64,000 nt of DNA from Proteromonas lacertae (Eukaryota), in NCBI GenBank assembly GCA_002245135.1, contig NGBS01000305.1, positions 1-64,000 on the forward strand, in the 5' to 3' direction. Below the pieces are notes generated by a model. It saw only the letters and a program-made list of their open reading frames with translations, did no database searches and had not been told where the DNA came from. How positions within the stretch are numbered: position 1 is the stretch's first letter; every line of letters begins with the position of its first letter. Position numbers and translations under genes: made by a program. Below, one piece after another: positions 11,240 to 25,568 of this stretch.

Positions 11240-12650
11240 TTACACAATTAAATCATTATTTAAAAGAAATTCAATTTGAGGGTTAACTAAAATAGAAGTT
11301 TCAGTATAAAAAATAATTTCATCTCCCAATTGAAGATGCTATATATACATTTATATACTACTAATATATATATATTATACCCTAAATATAACTCTTCTAA
11401 ACATAGCATTATACTCATTATAAAGAGGAATATGAACATAAACTATTTTTGATTCTCTAAAAACATCATTATTCAATCCACTCAAGGCAGAATCAAGTTT
11501 TGTCTATAATTTTATAAATACAATAATAGTAATATATTTATACTAACAAGTTATATACAATACATCCTTCAGAAGGAGGATTGCAATTAATTTGAACAGA
11601 TACTTTACTTGATTTATAAGTTTTTGTATTTAATTTATAAATTAGACAAGGAATATCGACTGTATCTGATACAACAAGTGTATCTTCTTCTTTCATTAAT
11701 CTTGAGAGAATTAATCTAAAGAATACTACATCTAAATTACTATAAAATTGTTTGGAATATTTGACTTTACATTCTGATATCATTTGTCTCTAAATAAAAT
11801 ATAACAACAACAATAATAATAATAAATATACTGAATAACAAACTAATGGATCAATATCTATGTAAATAATTAAATTTGGTAATTGATTCTGTAGTATTTT
11901 ATTCTTCCAATATGTTTTTAAAAATGTAAATTGTTCATAAGTAATCTATTTAAATAAAATGCATCTAAAAAATACTAAATTCATTTCATATTGTAATAGA
12001 ATAAATGCCCAAATATATAAATGACTTCCATCAAATAAATACACAGTTTTATTGTTATATTTCTATTCATAATAAAAAATGAAAATATACTTTTATTACT
12101 TGGTTTATTAGCACAGTTAGATATATTGAACATAGTGTAAATGAATACTGCTGTGGATTTTTAGTCCATAATTCTGTAAATTCATCATCATATTGAATGG
12201 ATTTATATTTAATTCTGATTGTTTCAACTCTCTTCCCCATATAGTCTTGAATGAATTTAAATAAATTTGTTTTACCACTTTGAATATTTCCATCTATACA
12301 CCATGTTGAACCAATGGAAGTATTTGTAGTTTTTGAATTACGAAATAGTTCTTGTAATTCCTTATTCTGTGATAAAACAGACTAATCATCCATAATATAA
12401 ATAGGGTATATACCAAGATTTTATTGGGATCTACAACCAATCTGTCATTACCTTTAGACTTATGTGTTTCAACGATTTTGGATATTATTTCTTCTGATAA
12501 TGTCTTTAAAACACCTGATAAATAAGCACTTGCTGTAGGAGTTATGTCATTAACCAATTTAGCACTTTTTAATTTCTTTTCTAATACATCTGGTGGGAAT
12601 TCGACTTTATCATCCTTTTTCTTTTTCTCTGATGTTCTTTTTCTCTTCAT
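11240..12650 (-). CDS. Histone H2A-fold / deoxynucleoside-kinase-like fusion protein (398 aa, 7 exons)
   Basis: Introns at 12382-12413, 12063-12090, 11946-11975, 11790-11831, 11504-11543 and 11339-11380 (all phase 0) give one ORF. The N-terminus VEFP..AYLSGVL..LSEEII..P..I...QNKELQELF aligns to H2A. It is followed by the P-loop IDGNIQSGKT and dNK-like PNLIIYIDIDPLVCYSR. Confidence 0.78.
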
Positions 12651-13100
12651 TTCAGAAATTAAAAATTCTTAAAGCTTGTCAAACTAAAAGTGATGAAAAT
12701 AAGTATTGATGAATAAAAAGTAAAATAAAGTTTATAAAATTATAAGAAATGAATAAATTAATGCTTTTAACTATCTAGTGTGTATAACATGAAGTTTTTT
12801 TTATTTATGACATCATAATAGTAAATATCTGTTTAGTAATGAATGCACAATAAATATCTCACATCACAATCACATTTCAATATGTTGGACATTCAAGGAA
12901 TGAAATTCAATTGATTATTATATCAACATTCGATGTATTACTCTACTATTCATTGGAAAATTACACATCATTTAGTCGTATATTCATCCAATGTGTAGAA
13001 AACCATTAAAAACGAAATTGAAAACTTGAATGTGATCAAGCCTTCTATTGATTGGTTAGTTCCTTTATTAATTCAATTTATAGATTTCTAACTGTTAATC

Positions 13101-14131
13101 ATGTCTGATCCACTTGCTGGACTTTCAGGTATTAAAATTGTTATTGTAATATTTATTAACAGGTAGTCAAAGAGTATTAGCTGCTGTTCAACCATATTTC
13201 ACTGGTGGTTGTGGTGCATGCTTTGCTTCATGTGTTGTATAATTGATTAAAATATTTTGTATTAGATACATCCAATTGATTTAATCAAGGTTAGAATTCA
13301 AATTAGTAAAGGTAAAGCTAATCCAATGGCATTAGTAAAAGATTTAATCAAGAATGAAGGTGTAATGAAGTTATATGCAGGGTATATATAATTATAATAC
13401 ATACAATAATTAATTCTCAAAATAGTTTATCAGCAGCCGTTATGAGACAAGCTGTCTATGGTACTGCTCGTTTAGGTATGCACAGATCATTATCAGAATA
13501 CTTAAAGAAGAGAAACGGAGGAAAATTACCATTATGGCAATCCACTGTCTCAGGTTTAGTAACTGGTGCTATTGCTGGTATGATCGGTAATCCTTTCGAT
13601 CTTGCATTAGTCAGAATGCAAGCTGATGGTATGAAACCAGCTGAACAAAAGAGAAATTATAAAAATGTATTTGATGCAGTAATCAGAGTAGCTAAAGAAG
13701 AAGGTATTTTAACATGGTGGAGAGGATGTATTCCAATGATATTCAGAGCTATGGCCATGAACGCTGGTATGTTAGCCGCTTATGATCAATCCAGAAACTT
13801 CTTCTTAAGTCATATGCAAAACATCCTTCTTATTAACTTATGTGCTACTGGTGTTGCTGGTTTCTCATGTGCTTTCTTCTCATTACCATTTGATATGATG
13901 AAGACAAGATTAATGAACATGTCCAAAGATGCTGCTGGTAATTTACAATATAAAGGTTTATGGGATTGTTTCGTTAAAATCTTAAAGAATGAAGGTGTTT
14001 TAGGTTTCTGGAAAGGTTTCCTTACCTATTATTTCAGATGTGCTCCTCATTCAATGGTTATCTTATTGACAATGGAAGGACTTAACTCTGCTTACGAAAA
14101 ACTCTGTTTTGGGAGAAGAATTCACAAGTAA
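13101..14131 (+). CDS. Mitochondrial 2-oxoglutarate/malate (dicarboxylate-tricarboxylate) carrier, SLC25 family
   Basis: Three carrier motifs PIDLIKVR, PFDLALVRMQAD and PFDMMKTR, plus RQAVYGTARLG. The 5' exons are joined by short introns. Confidence 0.9.
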
Positions 14132-14289
14132 GTGAGATTAATTGCTTTTGTAGTTGTTATTTTTTATATCATTAAAAACATATGATTGTGTTTTGATTAT
14201 TATGTTTATTTGTGCTTTAACTATTAAATATAAACAATATTTTAAAAAGAGTAGAATAATAAAATAATAATAATGAAATTGATTTTTGC

Positions 14290-16102
14290 TCAAGCTAATT
14301 GATATCCATTTTCAGCTGTTACCAGTGTTTTAGTAAGTTGGTATTGTACATTAGCATCTGTTTCACAAGATTTAACTCCAACAACATCTAATCCTCCACA
14401 TAATTTATCAGACATAAATGAGATATCTACAGGGAAAAATGCATCTTCTGATGATCCAGAGATAGTAAATTCTAAATTGCCTGAATTACTATCTTTATCA
14501 ATTAAATCAATAGTCCATAAGAATAAACCACTATTTGAATCGTACAAAGAAAATAAAAGTTAAAGAAATATAATAATATATAATAATAAATTAAATAATA
14601 AAAAAAAAAAGATATAAAATGATAATTTCCTCCATCCAACTGATTAATATGTGGTCCTTCAGTAGTACCAGTAGGAATAGCAATAGTAACATTATGTAAC
14701 TCATAGTTCTCATTTTGAAGTGTAAATTCAACAGATACTTTCATTGTATGTGAATTGTCAGCTTCTGGCCATACAACTACACTCAATGGTAATTCGCTTT
14801 CATCATTAAATGTCTTTGTCCATCTTATAGTACTAGCTGTTTGACCTATAGCGGAGATTGGTTCTTTCACATTTTTCATTTGTACAATACCTTGTGCGAA
14901 TAGTGTTTTATCAATCTTAGGTTTTACCATGAAATTAAATCCTCTATCTTCTCTACTCAATAACACTTTTGAACATAATGCGATTGAATCATTGACTGTA
15001 ATATTCAATATACCATTAATAGTCATAGAATTGAATGTACCATCTTTAGAGATATTAGCAGATACTTTTTCTTCAACAAATATACTGATTGGTTGAGATG
15101 GTATAGCAGGACCAGATGGTACTAGATTACTAGATAATTGTTTCTTTGATTGAGGTAACATTCCTAATTCACCTAATAACTGTTGAGTTGTATTCTTTGT
15201 TTTTAATGTCATACCTCTTCCAGCTGATGGTAATGGTTGAGATGTTTCTGGTATTGATGGGGATTGTTGTGGATAAGATGAAGGATAGGATGAAGGATAG
15301 GATGAAGATGATGATGTTGATGATGATGGATATGATGGACGATAACTATCACTACTTACAGCATCTGGATTGAGAGAATTCATGGCTCTATCTATATTAC
15401 TTGTTTGATTACGAGATGCGAGTTGTTTGGCTTTTAATTTCATTTGGTTTTCGGCTTCTTTTTGTTTGCTCTTTTCGATCATTAAGTGGAGTTTCTCTTC
15501 GTGACTTTCCATTCTCTATATGAAGATTAATTTATTAATTATAAAATATAAATATAAATACAAGGTTTGTATCGATTTGATTTAATGTAATTGTTTCTTT
15601 ATAACCACCATATGTTAAAGTTTCATCAAAAGCGAAGATTAAATCAAAGGTATTTTCAACTACTGCTCCTTCAGTTGTATCTTTACCATATTCTGGTATT
15701 AACTTTGATAATAAACGTAAAGGTCGTTAAATCTTCCATAATATTGCTTCCTTTTGTGGTGATAAGAACTAAAATCAGTTCATCGATTGGTTGATAAACA
15801 TAACGCAAGCTATCTGTTTCAACAAATGTGTGTTGTTTTGTTTGATCTACTACTAACTTTGGAAATGCAGCCAAAACATTCTAAGGTGATTAATAGCAAA
15901 ATAAAAATACTTCAACCTTAATTTTAGGCATAGAAACATATTGTCTTGCGATAAGTGCTATAATACATTAATTTATGCAATATTTAAAGGAGAATATTAT
16001 AGATGTATATAATGAATTGATATATACGTTTACCAGCCTTGGTTAATACAGCAACTGAAAGCACGACCTATTATTTAAATTATATCTAATGAAAAATACC
16101 AT
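14290..16102 (-). CDS. ARCN1: Coatomer subunit delta
   Basis: Spliced start [46 protein letters not shown]-terminal mu-homology region ([23 protein letters not shown]). Confidence 0.93.
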
Positions 16103-16187
16103 TTAAAAAAAAGTTTTTGATTGATCGAGTCAAGCTCAAAACATCCAATTAAACCCTAGTTTTTCTATAAACAGCTTTTTTGAAATA

Positions 16188-16637
16188 ATGCCAGGCAATT
16201 TTGTTAAGTCAGTATAATATCGTAAGGCTTATATATCGTTTAGATTATTCAAAACTATCAAGAAACCCCTGAGACCAATAGAGCTAAAATAGCTGAACAC
16301 CTTGCTATTGTTGAAAGACAGAAGAAATCTTCGTATCATAAAAATCCTATAATTGTATTTATATAGAAAGAAGATGTGGGATAAACCAGTTAGACCAATT
16401 CAGTTCTGGAAGTTCCCTAGATATAGTATGGTAAATAATTCACAAAAATATTGGTTACCATGGTATTTATTGTTTTTATTATGCATTTATCTAGTCCTGG
16501 TTACATTATGGGATTTGAAGATAACGATACAAGCAAACCAATTCAAGCTAACACAGTTAGTTCTGTATATTTAGATATAAATAATACGATAATAGGCTTT
16601 ATATCTTACACAAAGAAAAATCGATGGTAAGTTTTAG
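16188..16637 (+). CDS. Small spliced hypothetical protein (~105 aa)
   Basis: Four short GT-AG introns give the continuous ORF MPGNFVKSIIQNYQETPETNRAKIAEHL...KIDGKF*. No family recognised. Confidence 0.55.
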
Positions 16638-16761
16638 ATTAAATTATTATGTAATATTGTTTTTATAATATTTGTTTTTTGTGTTAATATTGTGAAATAA
16701 GAATAAGTCATTAAAACAATAATTCAAATCAAAAAGCTTGTGTTTTTAAATCTCTGTTGAT

Positions 16762-18412
16762 ATGAAGGTTTTCGTTATAGTTTTGGCACTTTTTTCGTTT
16801 GTATTTGCCTCTAAAAAACCAAATATTTTGTTTATCGGTATTAAGATTGTATATCTTGTCATAGTTGCTGATGATCTTGGTTGGTATGATGTTGGCTATC
16901 ATGATTCTCAATTAAGAACACCTACTATTGATAAATTAGCATCAGAAGGAATAAAACTTGAGAATTACTATGTTGAGTATATGTGTACTCCAACCAGAGC
17001 AGTATATCATTCATTTATTTATTTTCGCACATAGACATTTATGACAGGTAGATATCCTATGAGATATGGATTACAAAAAACAGTATTGCAAGCCTGGGAA
17101 GCTTGGTCTTTGCCAGAAAACGAAACATTATTGCCTCAATTATTGAAAGATGAGGGTTATATGAATTATGCAGTTGGTAAATGGCATATAGGATCTTGGA
17201 AATGGCGATATACTCCAACTTATCGTGGATTCGATCAATTTTATGGATACTACTATGGTGCAGAAGATTATTACACTCATTCCGCAAATGGTGGTTATGA
17301 TTTAAGAAATGAAACCAAACCAAATTGTGGTCCAGATTGTTCAATAGTCGATTGGAAAGCTAATGGAACATACAGTACATTTTTATTCACTCAAGAAGCT
17401 GAAAGAATGTTGAAAAACCATGATTCATCAAAACCATTTTTCTTTTATCTTTCACATCAAGGAGTTCATTATCCTACTGAAGCTCCTGAAGAATATGTAG
17501 ATAAATTCAAACACATTGTGAATATGAATCGAAGAAGATTTGCAGCTCAATTATACTTAGTTGATGAAAGTATAAAAAATATAACAAATCTTTTAGGCAG
17601 ACTGTATATACATTTTTCATATAATCATTTATAGTGGTTATTTGAACAATACATTGATTGTTTTCACTACTGATAATGGTGGGTGTTTATGCAACAGTGG
17701 AATGCAAGATAATAATGGTTGTAATTGGCCTTTGAGAAGTGGAAAAGGAAGTCAATTCAATGGAGGAGTGAAAGGAATTTCATTTTTAAGTGGATCAATT
17801 TTACCAAATAAGAAGAATATGACAGTATATGAAGGAATGTTACATAGTGTTGATTGGTTGCCAACGATAATGAGTTTTGTAGGAGGATCAATAAAGAATA
17901 AAACTCTTCCATTAGATGGATATAATCAATGGAATGAAATAATAAACAATGAAAAATCAAAAAGAAATGAAATCCTATTAAATACTGTGAAAAATGAAGT
18001 AGATGCTTATATGATGGGTGATTGGAAATATATAAGTGGTAAAGTGATAGCGTCGTTTGATGGTTGGATTCCAGTTCCAAATACAACTGAATCATGTATG
18101 AATATAATTATATAATATAATTATATTGTTTTAAATAGATAATTTCCCGAGTGAAGAATGTAAAGCACAAACTCCTGGAGATTATTTATTTAATATTAAA
18201 GATGATCCATTAGAAAAGAATAATTTGATAAATGAATATCCTGAGATCGTATCTGAAATGAAAAAGAAGTTGAAAGTCTATAAAGATGCAGCTGCTCCTG
18301 AGTATTTATTATTAATATTCTATAATGAATGAATAGAAATCCTCAAAAACGAGATCCTAAATCTGATCCAAAGAATTTCGATGGTGCTTGGACTCCTTGG
18401 GGTGGAATATAA
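16762..18412 (+). CDS. Secreted arylsulfatase (ARSB-like, Cys-type)
   Basis: Signal peptide; KPNILFIVADDLG after splicing; CTPTRA (CxPxR); TGRYP; VGKWH; RGFD; TDNGG; NWPLRSGK. Confidence 0.92.
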
Positions 18413-18557
18413 GTGAATTGAAGTTAAATTCATAAATTTGTGATAATCACTATTAATAATGAAAATGTTATCAATTTATTACACTTTTTATAATAATTTT
18501 TTCGTATAATCGACTTTTTTAATCAAAAACAAAATATGAAACGAATATGATTTTGAA

Positions 18558-19650
18558 ATGAATAAATTCAAAAATTACTGCAAAGCTGCTAAATCGTTAG
18601 CAAATCAAGCTGTTAGTGGAACATACAAATCTGCTAAAAGTAAATATGATAAATATGTTGATCAAAAGTCTGAGTATTAGTGATATTGTAGCATTAATTG
18701 ATTAGATATATAGAATTTAAAACAAAATCATTAGATGGAGTGTCTGATGAAGAAATTGAATCATTTTGGTTAAGCGTATCTTCATTGCAAAACAAAACTA
18801 CACCAGATCCAGACTTCTTCTTCTTTTTAATGAAGTATATTGTTGAATATTGTTATTAAAATTAGTCAAAATATAAATAAAGATTGTTTAGCGCAAATAG
18901 ATAAAGATCTACCAAGAACTTTCCCAACCCATTCAAAACTAGGTGATCCAGAATATCAGAAACGAATCAAACGAATATTAATAGCCATAACCAATTGTTG
19001 TACAGATGTAGGTTATGTTCAAGGAATGAATTCTTTAGTCGGTTATTTATTACTTTATTGTAAAGAACAAACTGTGTTTATATTAATGACTCGTTTAATG
19101 AAAAGAAGGGAATATTGTTTAAACGAATTATTTAAAGAAGGATTACCGCAGATAAGTGTATTGACAAAACAATTTCAAAAAATGCTAAAAGTATTTTTAA
19201 TTTTATTTATTTTATTATTTTCTTTTTTCTAATTTATAGAAAGATGGTAGTAAAATAGCTGATCATTTTAAATCTTTAGATTTTGATGTAATTTCATTTG
19301 TTCTGTTAAAACAATGGTTGACTCTCTTTACTCAATCAGGAATATTGACTTTAGAAGAATTGAAGAAGTTTTGGTGTTTATTTTTCTTAGATGGTTGGTC
19401 TTCAGCTTTACAATTATCACTTATTATAATATTGAAGCATCAAGATGAAATATTAGAAATAAAAAGAAATGATTCGATGAATGAATATTTCAGTAAATTA
19501 TTCTCAGGATTGACAATTTGTCAAAATGTGGAAGATAAAATGGATGATAGCAAAATGATATATTTGGATGATTATGGTAAGTATAATGTTCCTGAAGATT
19601 TAATGGAGATGTGGAATAAAGCTACAGAGTATATAACAAATAATATTTAA
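18558..19650 (+). CDS. TBC-domain Rab GTPase-activating protein
   Basis: QIDKDLPRTFP (IxxDxxR) and GYVQGMN motifs; exons linked by short introns; start approximate. Confidence 0.85.
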
Positions 19651-19798
19651 TTTAAAAATGAATTTATTCTTTTTCATTTAGTTCTTTTTAATATTAAAGA
19701 AAATAAAAACTATTATATATATTTCAAATAATATTTTAATTTAACAAAAAATATCTATTAAAAAAAAAATCTAATTTCTTTTTTCTTTCTGTTTATAT

Positions 19799-21326
19799 TT
19801 AAATATGTTCCATCTCTTTAATTTCATTCTCTTCTATCACATGACCAATATTCTGTCCCATTTTCACTTTATCACCTACTTTCACATCAAATTTATATTC
19901 CTTTTTAGATTCAAATATCAATACAACTGTAGAACCAAAATTGAATGTTGCTATATCATCTCCTTTGTGTATATGAATAGGATTTGAATATTGTTTTTCA
20001 TAAAAATGTTTTCCTAAGGAATCAGTGTTATTAAATATCTTTAAATTCTCAGTTATAAAATCTCTTCTTAATCTATTGGTTCGAAAATTTGGCTCCATAT
20101 TTAATTCAATACTTCCAACATTATAAGCACCAACAGCAGTTAAACTGAAAAATCCATTTTCACCTTCTCCAGCTAATAATACTCTTTCATTTAAAGCTAA
20201 TAATTTTGGTATTAATTGTACAGCAACAGTATGTACTGGAAATAAAGTACCTGGAAAATGCCTTCGTGTGTTAATACTCCACTTCAGTAGGTGAGTGAAC
20301 TCGATGGTAATCTGCTGGTGATAGATATAACACAATATAATATAAATTATCTCTAACATCAGTGGGTAAGAATTTTCGTAATAAATCATTTTCATTAAAT
20401 CCACCTTTTTCACCATATAACATTGATATTTCATGTAATAATTGTTTTTTCTCTTCTCTTAATATCTTTTCTTGTGGACTACATCCTAAGAATTGATCTA
20501 TTGAATAAGTTCGATGTTTGACTTGCTCAATCAATCCATTTACTACTTTTCCACAAACTATAACTCGACTGTCACAAGGTGAAACAATTGAAGCATTTCC
20601 TATTTGACGAAGTCCTGGTTTTAAATGACGAGTAAATAATGCAGATAATGAAGGGTAATGTGAGGATGGGAATTCTGCTTCTGACATGTTAATTCCTGTA
20701 CTTTTAACAAACCATGTATAAACGGGTGTTCGTAAAAATTTGGGGATGTATAATTTGGATAATTTTCCAAAGGCGTTGGAGACTAAGACTGCTGGAAAAT
20801 CCCAACGGATCTATTTTTAATATAATAATTATATTATATATTATACTCCTAATATATAAACTCCACCAAAAACAGCAGCAATATAGAAAATCACTCTCTT
20901 TATTAGCGTTACAGGTATAAATTCAGATATTATTATATATGCAATAGAAACAGCACAAATAACAGCTAGGATATAGGATTATAGTGTTAAAATATACCAA
21001 CTACTTTCCTAAAATAGTTAAATGCTTTATTTTCTGTTATATAATCTTCATCTTCTACAAAATATATAATAAATAACAATACCACTTTCTAATACGTCAT
21101 TAACTACGTCATCCTCGTTAAAAGTAGATAATTTATGTGGCTGTTTTTTCTTTGAATTATATGACTTCTGTAGGAAGATGTCATGGACATATTCAACTCG
21201 ATCATTCGGAGTTTTGCAAAAACCATTTAAAACCTCCTTTTCATGTGCCACTGCTAAATCTATGGAAATATAAAATTTATATGCAAAAATACAGCTCTCA
21301 GACTTGCTTGCTGGAAGAGTAGTCAT
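19799..21326 (-). CDS. PSD: Phosphatidylserine decarboxylase proenzyme (one apparent +1 frameshift at ~20283)
   Basis: FTRHLKPGLR, SPCD, YLSPADYHRVHSP, NERV, VGAYNVGSI and the self-cleavage motif FNFGSTVVL. The N-terminal exons carry hydrophobic segments. Confidence 0.88.
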
Positions 21327-21426
21327 TAAAAGATTTAAAAAAAATTGTAACGTTTTATTAATGGTGAATGGAGCAAAAGCCCCACAAAATAGTTTTGGCG
21401 CTTTATTCTTTTATTTCAAAAATAGA

Positions 21427-23264
21427 ATGCCTAATATTGTGAGAGAGGTATATTTTTATTATATTACAACTACTGTGAATAGATTAATAATGTTTTCAAG
21501 TTTTCTGGACTTACTCTTCAGAAAGAAGCAGTAAAATCGTTAGAAACATTCCTTTTAGACAATGTAACAGAATCAGCAGATAGAAACGAAATAATTAAAA
21601 ATGTCTTAGATTCATTGAAAAAGAGAATTCAATCAACTGGAAGTATATATTGCTATATAAGCATTTATAATATTAGTTTCCAATATAATCACAGATGATA
21701 CAATGGTATCAGTAATAAATGAATTATATGGGGATAATAAAGACTATGAAGAGAATATGTTTAACGTATAGTTATATGATATTATAAGAATAGTACTATG
21801 ATGCTTTTTCAATTAATCAAATCACTTATGATCCAATCAAACATACATATGTTTCAATTCCACCTCAATCTATAAACTGTCCACCATCAACCAAAATTGA
21901 TATATTCAAAAACAGATATCAATTAATCCGCCAACATTTATTACACAATGAATTATTTCAAAAACCAATTCTAGAAACAGGAAAAGTAACACATTTAGAA
22001 CTTCAACCAGTTGATTCTTTAATATCATCTACTTCAACATGTTATATATTGGGATTATTGAATTGTAATAGTGAAGATAATATAATAACATTAGAAGATC
22101 CAAATGGAAAGATTGTCTTGGATATAAGTAAATGTATATCTTTTTTTTTTTTTTTTACTTCTTTTTAAATATTATTTTTTCTTTAATTTTGATTGTGTTA
22201 TTTTTACAGCTATGGTATTGGTTTATTTACTGATGGATGTTTTGTAATTGTAGAAGGATCTATGAGTGGTGATGTATTCTCAGTTACACAAATGGGAAAT
22301 CCAATTTTAGTTCCACGAATTGAATCTTTGCAGTTAGTTCAACATATCCCAATTCTTGGATTAATTCCTTCATCAATTGTATATATATATATATATTATT
22401 TACTATTTGTTAAATAAAATAGGATTTTCAAAAGTTATATACTATAGAAAGTGAAATAAAAAACACATCAATTATTGTCATATCTGAATGTCATTTAAAT
22501 AAACATGAAGTGTTGGATAATTTCAATGGATTATTCAATGCATATAAAGACAATCCACCATCTTTGTTTATATTAATGGGAAGTTTTGTTTCAAAGGCAT
22601 TATGTATATATTTATTATTATTATTATTATTAAATAGCTGAAGATCAAATAAATCAATACAAATTATATTTCGATCATTTTTCTTCAATATTAGAAGAAT
22701 ATGAATCAATCTGTGAAAAATCATCATTTCTCTTTATTCCTGGACCAAATGATATTTCTCCACATACAATACTACCTCAAAGAGCAATTCCAAAGTATTT
22801 TGTAAGTAGTTTAGAAAAGATATTAAAACATGTAACTTTTGCAACAAATCCATGTAGAATCAGATATTTTACAAAAGAAATTGTTATTTTTAGAGATAAT
22901 TTGTATAATAAAATGTTAAGGAGCTGTATTAATTCACCTGACACTTCACAATTTACTGTTTCTGAGTTGCTTATGAAGACTATTATTGATCAACATACAC
23001 TATGTCCATTGTCATTGAATATTCAACCTAGAATTTGGTCTTATGAAGGTGCATTTTCTTTATTCCCTATTCCTGATATTGTATTATATATATATTTGAC
23101 ATTTATTATGAATATAGTTGATTTTAGGTGATGAAATTAATGATTCTGAAAATTGTTATGAGAAATGCTATTCTTTTAACCCAGGTAGATTCTGTTATGA
23201 TTCTTCATTCGTGACATACAATCCTGGAGCAGAAAAGATTCTATTCTCTAAAATCAGAGAGTAA
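21427..23264 (+). CDS. POLE2: DNA polymerase epsilon subunit 2
   Basis: LEDPNGKI, GLFTDGCFVIVEG, FILMGSF, FIPGPND, TNPCRIRYFTKEIVIFRDNL, DQHTLCPL, LFPIPD, FNPG. Multi-exon. Confidence 0.9.
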
Positions 23265-23356
23265 TTTTTATTTTCTAATTTGTTTAACTATTTAAATACT
23301 CCCCTAAAACACATAAAAATACAACTAAGGAATGTTTCACCTCAATGTAATTCAAT

Positions 23357-23968
23357 TTAACTGAGTTGACCACAATCAGCAATAACAATCTTTATTTTTG
23401 TTTTACCACTATCAGTTCCATAGCTTTCAATGGCTTTTACAACATCCATACCTTTTGTTACACTTCCGAAGACTACGTGTTTGCCATCTAACCATGAGGT
23501 TTCAGTGGTGCAGAGGAAGAATTGACTTCCGTTGGTGTTTGGACCACAATTAGCCATGGATAAGATACCTGGACCAGTGTGCTTTAAGTTGAAGTTTTCA
23601 TCAGCGAATTTTTCACCGTAGATTGATTCACCACCACGGCCATCACCAAGCTATTGAGAGAATATTATATTTATAATAATACAGTGAAATCACCTCCTTG
23701 ACACATGAAGTTTGGAATGACACGATGGAAAGCGCTACATAATACAATATACATGATTAAATATACCATCCCTTGTAATGTAAAGGTTTGCCAGAACGGC
23801 CTACACCTTTTTCACCAGTGCAAAGTGCTCTGAAGTTTTCAGCAGTCTTTGGTACAACATCAGCACGTAACTAGAAAAATAAACAAACTTGATTGATACT
23901 GTCATTTCAATACGGCCTAATGGTTTGCCACCTGCTGTTACATCAAAAAATACTACTGGATTGCTCAT
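23357..23968 (-). CDS. Cyclophilin-type peptidyl-prolyl isomerase
   Basis: [61 protein letters not shown]. Confidence 0.97.
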
Positions 23969-24174
23969 TTCTATGCAATAACAATTACTCTATAAAAAGA
24001 TATACATTTAAAAAAATTAATAAGAAACAAGGGGTGAATATATTAATAGAATTATAATTAAGAAAAAATAAGAAAAAAAGGATTTTAGGTTAAACCCCCT
24101 TCCTTTTCATAACAGAAGTTCTTTGAAAATTATTTTTCATAAACCACAGTTTTTAATTTTCATAATTCTCACAT

Positions 24175-25568
24175 ATGAATAAGCCTTTGAATATACTTTT
24201 TATTTCAATGGAATTTGCTGATCCTATATTCAGTGGAAATGGGTATTTTATTCTTAATATAACATTTTAGAATTTACTCAAGAACTTTAACTCGTATTCT
24301 TGCTTCTGATCCAAGTATTTTGCATTAATATAATGTTTTGAATTAGATGTTATCATTCATGTTGTAACAGCCCAACCAAAAGAACATTACCCAGATTATA
24401 ACATTTTCTTTTTAAACCTGATGAATGATAATGTAACAATGTCATTATGTCCAGTGTCTACATGGAATAAACTAGATCGAAATGGACCATGGGAAGAATT
24501 TGGAAAAGAATCTATGAAAATAATGACAGAAATAAACAGATTCGAAGCAGATATAATAATTGGAATAGATTGGCATAGTTATGATGTTTATAACAACATA
24601 AAGAATACTAACAAAACTGCTTTACCTCCATTTTATTACTGTAATTTCAGAGTTTATTCAAACAGTAGTGGAGTTAAAGAAGATGATGTTAAATTCTATA
24701 AAGAAAAAGAATCGCTTATTATTAATGCATCTAATGGTGTTTCCTGTCTTTGTAAAACTGATCAAATTAGTTTGACTGAATTATTATCAAAAGAAAATAA
24801 AGAAAAAAATAAAATCAAAATATCAGTAATTCATCCCTGTTTAAGATATGATATTGAAGAATTAGGATTATATTATATTAGAGATGGTGGTGAGAATAGA
24901 AAGAGGAAGTATATATTATGTTGTAGTAGAATATGTCCTGAAAAGAGAATAGATTTATTTGTAGAAATTATGATAAATGTATATATATATTATTATATTT
25001 TTTATATTTTTTTTATTCATTATTATTATTATTATTATTATATAAATAGTTAAAAGAAAAGATATTATCCAAAGGATACATTCCTGTCTTAATCGGTGCA
25101 GTAGTTGATAAAGAATATGGCAATCATTGGATTAGTCTATTAAAACACCATTATCCTGATAATAACAGCATAGTTCTTGACTTTATATCACCTTCTGAAT
25201 TATCTAATTATTATAAAGAATCTTTATTTTTAATACATCCATCTACATATGAAGCTTATGGTATGGTTATTGCAGAATGCAGTGTGTTTCAATGTCCTTC
25301 AATCGTTGATAAAGGTGGTGATATTGGAGTAGTTGAAATGTTTGAAGAAAATCATTATTCTTATAGAAATGCACCGTATAAGAAGGAAGAAATGATTATT
25401 TTAACAAATATGAAGAATATCAATGAAGTGCAAAAGACAGTTGATCATTATTTAGATAATACTGAAGAATTAATTTCAATTGGTGAAAAAGCAAGTTTTA
25501 GAAGTATGAGTTGGTGTGAAAAAGATCTAGGTAAAGTATTACTAGGTAAACTGAAGGAACTATTATAA
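24175..25568 (+). CDS. GT-B (family 4-like) glycosyltransferase
   Basis: N-terminal ILFISMEF..P.FSGNG; SRICPEKR; HPSTYEAYGMVIAEC (ExxxxxxxE). Confidence 0.78.

Noticed and set aside
12294..12650. Stand-alone canonical histone H2A
   Set aside because: It is too divergent, and the ORF-track tail is intron read-through. Splicing extends it into the kinase-like domain.
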